NCBI GenBank assembly: GCA_034670305.1
Contig: JAXMNT010000017.1
Span: 81,669 to 145,668 of the forward strand
DNA length: 64,000 bases
Origin: Deltaproteobacteria bacterium
Lineage (GTDB): Bacteria > Myxococcota_A > Polyangia > Polyangiales > Houyiibacteriaceae
Reading direction: 5' to 3'
Part shown: positions 59,711 through 64,000 of the stretch, in pieces
How the letters are laid out: each line of letters begins with the position of its first letter
Position numbering within the stretch: the first letter of the stretch is position 1
The notes under the pieces: generated by a model
The model's database searches: none
What the model saw: the letters and a program-made list of their open reading frames with translations, nothing else
Told to the model about the DNA's origin: nothing
Made by a program: the position numbers and the translations under genes

Positions 59711-60421
59711 GTGTTGAATACATCGAGTGCAATCGAAGAAGGCCTGGCCCAGACCCTCGAGGATCGGCGCATGTCGAAAGGCGAGAAACGCGCCCTTCAG
59801 GCCGTGCTGGCCGACGCGGCCGAGTCCACCTTCACGACCTGGCGCGCCCGCGCGTTTGATCTCGCGCGTGAGGCGATCGACGAAGCCAAGACCGGGCACG
59901 AGCGCGCGGAGATCTTCGCGTGGCTCGAAGAGGTCGTGAAGCTGCTTGAGAAGCGCACCTCGTCGTCGCCAGCGGACAGCCAGACCGCCGAGGTCTTCTT
60001 CAGCCCGGGCGACGCCTGCCGTGGGCGGATCGCGACTCTGCTCGGCCGCGCCCGCAAGTCCGCGCAGATTTGTGTCTTCACGATCACCGACGACCGCCTC
60101 GCGCAGCCGATCCTCGAAGCTCACAAGCGCGGGGTCACCGTCCAGATCATCACCGACAACGACAAGGCGCACGACAAAGGGTCCGACGCCGCCAAGCTGC
60201 GGGACGCGGGCGTGCCGGTCCGGGTGGATCGCAGCGAACACCACATGCACCACAAGTACGCCATCTTCGACGGCGACACGCTCTTGACCGGCAGCTACAA
60301 CTGGACGCGAAGCGCGGCGCGCTACAACCGCGAGAACATCGTGGTGAGCGACGACCCGCGCCTGGTCGCACCTTTTGCCGAGAGCTTCCGGCAGACCTGG
60401 AGTGATCTGGGCTCGGACTGA
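59711..60421 (+). CDS. Phospholipase D-like (single HKD, Nuc-type) protein
   Basis: VFFSPG, ICVFTITDD, HMHHKYAIFD, TGSYNWT, NREN. Confidence 0.9.
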   Translation: MLNTSSAIEEGLAQTLEDRRMSKGEKRALQAVLADAAESTFTTWRARAFDLAREAIDEAKTGHERAEIFAWLEEVVKLLEKRTSSSPADSQTAEVFFSPGDACRGRIATLLGRARKSAQICVFTITDDRLAQPILEAHKRGVTVQIITDNDKAHDKGSDAAKLRDAGVPVRVDRSEHHMHHKYAIFDGDTLLTGSYNWTRSAARYNRENIVVSDDPRLVAPFAESFRQTWSDLGSD

Positions 60422-60426
60422 ACGCG

Positions 60427-61137
60427 ATGGTGTACCTCCTCTCCGAAGACCTGGCGTTCCCGCCAGCCGAGCTCGCGAACGACGATGGCGTCGTGGCGGT
60501 GGGGGGCGATGTGTCGCCGAGCCGGCTCGTGCTGGCGTACCAGAGCGGGATCTTTCCGTGGCCGGTCGATGGGCTCCCGCTGCTCTGGTTCTCGCCCGAT
60601 CCGCGCTTCGTGCTCGAGCCCGCGCGCGCGCATCTCTCCAAGAGTTTGCGGCGGGCGATGAAACGCGCGCCCTACCGGATCACCGCGGACACCGCGTTCA
60701 CGGAGGTCATCGACTTCTGCGCCCACACCTCGCGTCCGGGACAGTCCGGCACCTGGATCACGCCGGAGCTTCGAGATGGCTACGTGCGGCTGCACCAGCT
60801 CGGCATCGCACACTCGATCGAAGCCTGGGAAGCCGACAAACTCGTCGGTGGTCTGTACGGCGTCTCCCTCGGCGGCGGCTTCTTCGGCGAGTCCATGTTC
60901 GCGCGCGCGCCCGACGCCTCCAAAATCGCGTTCGGAACTCTGTGCGCGCAGCTGACGAAGTGGGGCTTCCCGCTCATCGACTGCCAGGTCCGCACCCAGC
61001 ACCTGGCCCGCTTCGGCGCCGAAGACTGGTCGCGCACCAAGTTCCTCGAGCACCTCGGCCCAGTGCTCGAGATGCCGTCGCGCCGCGGCGCGTGGCAGCT
61101 CGACGTCGACTCCGTCCAGGCCACCGCCATCCTGTAG
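60427..61137 (+). CDS. aat: Leucyl/phenylalanyl-tRNA--protein transferase
   Basis: GGD, AYQSGIFPW, WFSPDPR, TWIT, HSIEAW, GGLYGV, FFGESMF, DASK, IDCQ. Confidence 0.96.
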   Translation: MVYLLSEDLAFPPAELANDDGVVAVGGDVSPSRLVLAYQSGIFPWPVDGLPLLWFSPDPRFVLEPARAHLSKSLRRAMKRAPYRITADTAFTEVIDFCAHTSRPGQSGTWITPELRDGYVRLHQLGIAHSIEAWEADKLVGGLYGVSLGGGFFGESMFARAPDASKIAFGTLCAQLTKWGFPLIDCQVRTQHLARFGAEDWSRTKFLEHLGPVLEMPSRRGAWQLDVDSVQATAIL

Positions 61138-61169
61138 CGGGACAGTTGGCGCGCACCTCGTGCATCGCT

Positions 61170-61240
61170 TGAGCCTGAATCCTGAACCCTGAAACCCTGA
61201 CTGAACCCTGAGCCCTGAACCTTGAGGGCAAGGGCAAGGG
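61170..61240. repeat. Degenerate heptamer (TGAACCC)n tract plus (GGGCAA)n
   Basis: Between convergent aat and the metallohydrolase gene. Confidence 0.75.
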
Positions 61241-61243
61241 ACT

Positions 61244-63733
61244 TTAGGGGAGCGGGAGCGGGTTCGTCATGCCGTAGGGGGCGAAGTCGACGACGGGGCT
61301 GGCGCGGCGGGAGCCGTCGGCGCGTACGAGGATGAAGTCCGCGCCGCCGAGGTCGACGTCGAAGGTCTCGTCGACTTGGAGGATCTCGCCGGTCGGCACG
61401 ATCGGTTGGTCGAGCACGACTTCGGTGCCCGCGTAGATGCGCAGCCGGTCGACCTCCGCCCACGGCGGGACCTGCACCCGCACGCTGACGGGCACGGAGT
61501 CGCCAGCCGCAACGCCGACTTCGGCGGTCACGAACGCGCCGCCGCTCACGGTCATGCGGGCCGCGCGAATCGAGGTGGCGACATCGGTCCAGTCGAAGTT
61601 GCCAGGCGTGTCGTCCGGCACGGAGATGTACGTGCGCGGAGAACCGGCCGGGTTGCCCGGTTCGTGGGAGTCGCTGTTGCCCATCATGCCGAAGCGCCAC
61701 CCGTGGCTCCACAAGCCGAGCAGTTGCTCGACCGTGATCTCGTCGTTCTCGTCCGGGCTCTTGTTCCACGCTTCGATGACGTCGAAGTCGAAGGTGTTGA
61801 GATCCGAGTCCGGGTCGATGTTCAGGTCGGCGGGGTTCGCGGTGGCCATGCCGGACACCGGGTCGAGTCCGATCGAGCGGAACCAGCCGGAGCCGTTTCG
61901 GTTCGGGTGGTTCACCTGCACGATGGGATCGCCGAACGCCGGGTCTCCGAGCCCGCGCAGATCCGCGAAGGTGTCGATCGGGGACTGGTCGAACCACTCG
62001 ATGGCGCCGCCGCCGGACGCTTCGGGCGAACGCCGCAGCGGGTAGCCGTTGATGTGCGCGAGGATCGGGTCCGAGACCTCGGCGCCCGACACCGCCAGCA
62101 CCCAGTCTTCGAGCCCCGCGTCGAGGATGGCCGGGCGGTAGTCGGTGATGGAGTCGTGGTCGGTCGCGGCGACCACCTCGAGTCCTTCCGCCGCGACGAT
62201 GCGCACCGCGTCCGGCACCGCGTGCAGGCTGTCGGTGCTCATCTCCGAGTGCAGATGAAAGTCGCCCCCGACCCAGCCGGTGGTGTCGACCACCCGGATC
62301 AAGTCGGGCGAGAGAGACACCGTCTCATCGGCGAGCAACGTGCGTTCCTCCTGCACGAGATCGTATTCGATGCCGCGCGACACCGTGATTGTGACCGGTC
62401 CAGGCGGGACCTGGATCGACGTGGCGCCAAACGCGACGTGGCGCACCTGCCGGTCGGCGAGTTCCAACGTGACCCGAACCGGGGCGGTCTCTCCGTCGGC
62501 GGTGGCGTCGACGTCGAGGGTGGCCCGCGGCGCGGCTTCGAGCGTGACCTCACCGGGCACCGCCACGTCCATCGGTGTGCCTTCGAAGTAGTCGCCGAAG
62601 CCCGCGCGCACCGTGGCCGGCCCAGGCGCGAGCCGGAACGTCGCGGTGCCGTCTTCGCCGAACCGCGACCGCAGCACGGTCCGGTCGTCCCGGAGCACCT
62701 CCACCCGGTCGCCGGCGGGTCCGGTCACGACGAGATCCCCGCGCGTGTCGTCTCCGTCGAGCGCGGTGTCTTCGGTCGCGGCTGCGTGGGCGCGTGCGGC
62801 CGTCGGTGCCAGCCCCACCCGCGCTTCCCACACGGCCGTCTCTCCGGCGCGCGCGACGATCACTTCGTCCGCGGCCATGAGGTGGATGCTGTCGATGTGC
62901 CCCACTCCGCCTGCGGCCTGAAGGATGCGCACGGCGTACGCGGAGTCGGCGCTCTCGCCGACCAGGAAGGACTGCATGGTCTCGCCGGGTTCGTCGTCGC
63001 TCAAGACGCCGACCCCGGGCTGTTGCAACTCGGACGCGCCGCCCGCGAGTGCGATGATTTCTGGGCGACCGGCGACCATGGCAACGCCCTCTTTGGCTGC
63101 GACCGAGACGGTGACGCGCACGAAGTCTTCGTCGGGCCGCAGCTCGTAGTCGATCGCCCCGAACGCAGCGGGCACCCGGCCGATGCTTCCACCGAGCACC
63201 CCCCGGACCAGCCCGAGTTGCGCGTTCTCGTAGAGCACCCGGATGCGCGCCGGTTCCGACCCGCCGCCGTCGGTGACCACGATCGCGCTCGGCCGCGAGC
63301 TGTTCAGGTCGAGGCCGAAGAGCAGGTCCTTGATGAGATCGGTGCCGCCCTGATGGGCCGCGTCGACGATGCCTCCGGCGAATGCGCCGATGGTGCTCAC
63401 CGCGCCGGTCCCAGTCCGCACGAGAACCCTCACCCGGTCGTTCTGCAGGAGCAGATCGCCGATGCGCCCTTGGGCCACCGAACCCGGCAAGAGCTCCTCG
63501 GCGCACTCGACCTCCTTGGCCATGGCGGTGCCGGTGTCCGGCGTCTCGGTCTGGCACCCGGTGAGCACGTCGGGATCGGGCACCGCTTCGAAGACGGGCG
63601 GCGGAGCCAGGGGCGCGTCGGCGCCGACGTCTTCGAGCGGACCGCCGTCGATCATCGTGCCGTCGTCGTCGCCACCACATCCCACGGACAGGAGAACGGC
63701 AAGAGCAAGAACCCAGCAGCGTCGGCACGTCAT
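61244..63733 (-). CDS. CehA/McbA-type PHP-fold metallohydrolase lipoprotein
   Basis: Lipobox SVGC; GWVGGDFHLHS..STDS, ATDH, GAEVS, HING, QVNHP, GNSDSH, PRTY, TNP. Confidence 0.85.
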   Translation of the reverse strand: MTCRRCWVLALAVLLSVGCGGDDDGTMIDGGPLEDVGADAPLAPPPVFEAVPDPDVLTGCQTETPDTGTAMAKEVECAEELLPGSVAQGRIGDLLLQNDRVRVLVRTGTGAVSTIGAFAGGIVDAAHQGGTDLIKDLLFGLDLNSSRPSAIVVTDGGGSEPARIRVLYENAQLGLVRGVLGGSIGRVPAAFGAIDYELRPDEDFVRVTVSVAAKEGVAMVAGRPEIIALAGGASELQQPGVGVLSDDEPGETMQSFLVGESADSAYAVRILQAAGGVGHIDSIHLMAADEVIVARAGETAVWEARVGLAPTAARAHAAATEDTALDGDDTRGDLVVTGPAGDRVEVLRDDRTVLRSRFGEDGTATFRLAPGPATVRAGFGDYFEGTPMDVAVPGEVTLEAAPRATLDVDATADGETAPVRVTLELADRQVRHVAFGATSIQVPPGPVTITVSRGIEYDLVQEERTLLADETVSLSPDLIRVVDTTGWVGGDFHLHSEMSTDSLHAVPDAVRIVAAEGLEVVAATDHDSITDYRPAILDAGLEDWVLAVSGAEVSDPILAHINGYPLRRSPEASGGGAIEWFDQSPIDTFADLRGLGDPAFGDPIVQVNHPNRNGSGWFRSIGLDPVSGMATANPADLNIDPDSDLNTFDFDVIEAWNKSPDENDEITVEQLLGLWSHGWRFGMMGNSDSHEPGNPAGSPRTYISVPDDTPGNFDWTDVATSIRAARMTVSGGAFVTAEVGVAAGDSVPVSVRVQVPPWAEVDRLRIYAGTEVVLDQPIVPTGEILQVDETFDVDLGGADFILVRADGSRRASPVVDFAPYGMTNPLPLP

Positions 63734-63814
63734 GGCCGGCAGCTTAGGACAATCCGTTCAACCACCCCACCGCAAGATGGTTGCGGTTGGTGCGCGGGTT
63801 GGCAGAGGCGGAAA

Positions 63815-63874
63815 CCGATGCCGAAGCCGATGCCGAAGCCGATGCCGATGCCGAAGCCGAAGCCGATGCCGATG
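63815..63874. repeat. CCGATG/CCGAAG hexamer array
   Basis: Tandem hexamers abutting the MITE copy. Confidence 0.88.
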
Positions 63875-64000
63875 CTAGCAGGTCGCTGAAAAGCGACCTG
63901 CTCCCTTGCCGTTGCCCTTGCCCGTGCCCTTGCCCGCGTCGTGGACGCCGTGTGTTTCGCGACGGCGAGGCGCGAATCGGAGCGCGATGCCCAGCGGACG
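63875..64000 (-). mobile_element. Third MITE copy, inverted, running off the window end
   Basis: Reverse complement of about 29095-29233; begins at CTAG. Confidence 0.82.

Overview
High-GC chromosomal segment that looks myxobacterial (Polyangiales/Sandaracinus-like, inferred from gene content: Ser/Thr kinases, FHA-sigma54 activator, TSP3-OmpA, many Cys-rich lipoproteins). It holds about 60 CDSs and no recognisable rRNA, tRNA or CRISPR. Housekeeping genes include apaG, a YrdC/YciO protein, coaBC, yfgM-bamB, rpsP-khpA-rimM-trmD-SPOUT-rplS, bcp, folD, ileS, cobA/hemD and clpS-clpA-aat. Main observations: (1) a 28-bp XerC/D dif site at 28566-28593 on which KOPS-like GGGNAGGG octamers converge from both sides, so the window probably spans the replication terminus. 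(2) An Rrf2-led, ubiquitin-like sulfur-carrier cysteine operon (cysK, ThiF, CysO-like carrier, mini-ThiF, cysM-like, JAMM) whose E1 looks split into a catalytic subunit and a separate 89-aa protein carrying the arginine-finger segment. (3) A non-autonomous, probably IS5-derived MITE with hairpin ends and G-quadruplex-type arms, in three full or partial copies. (4) Variable CCGANN hexamer arrays in many intergenic gaps, plus a 7x21-bp array before the cys operon. (5) A coupled cyclase / kinase-pseudoreceiver / LysM-FecR operon divergent from an FHA-bEBP. (6) An 18-repeat disintegrin-like lipoprotein and an IleRS with HNGH/KESKS signature motifs. All calls come from reading the sequence and motifs; no database searches were run.
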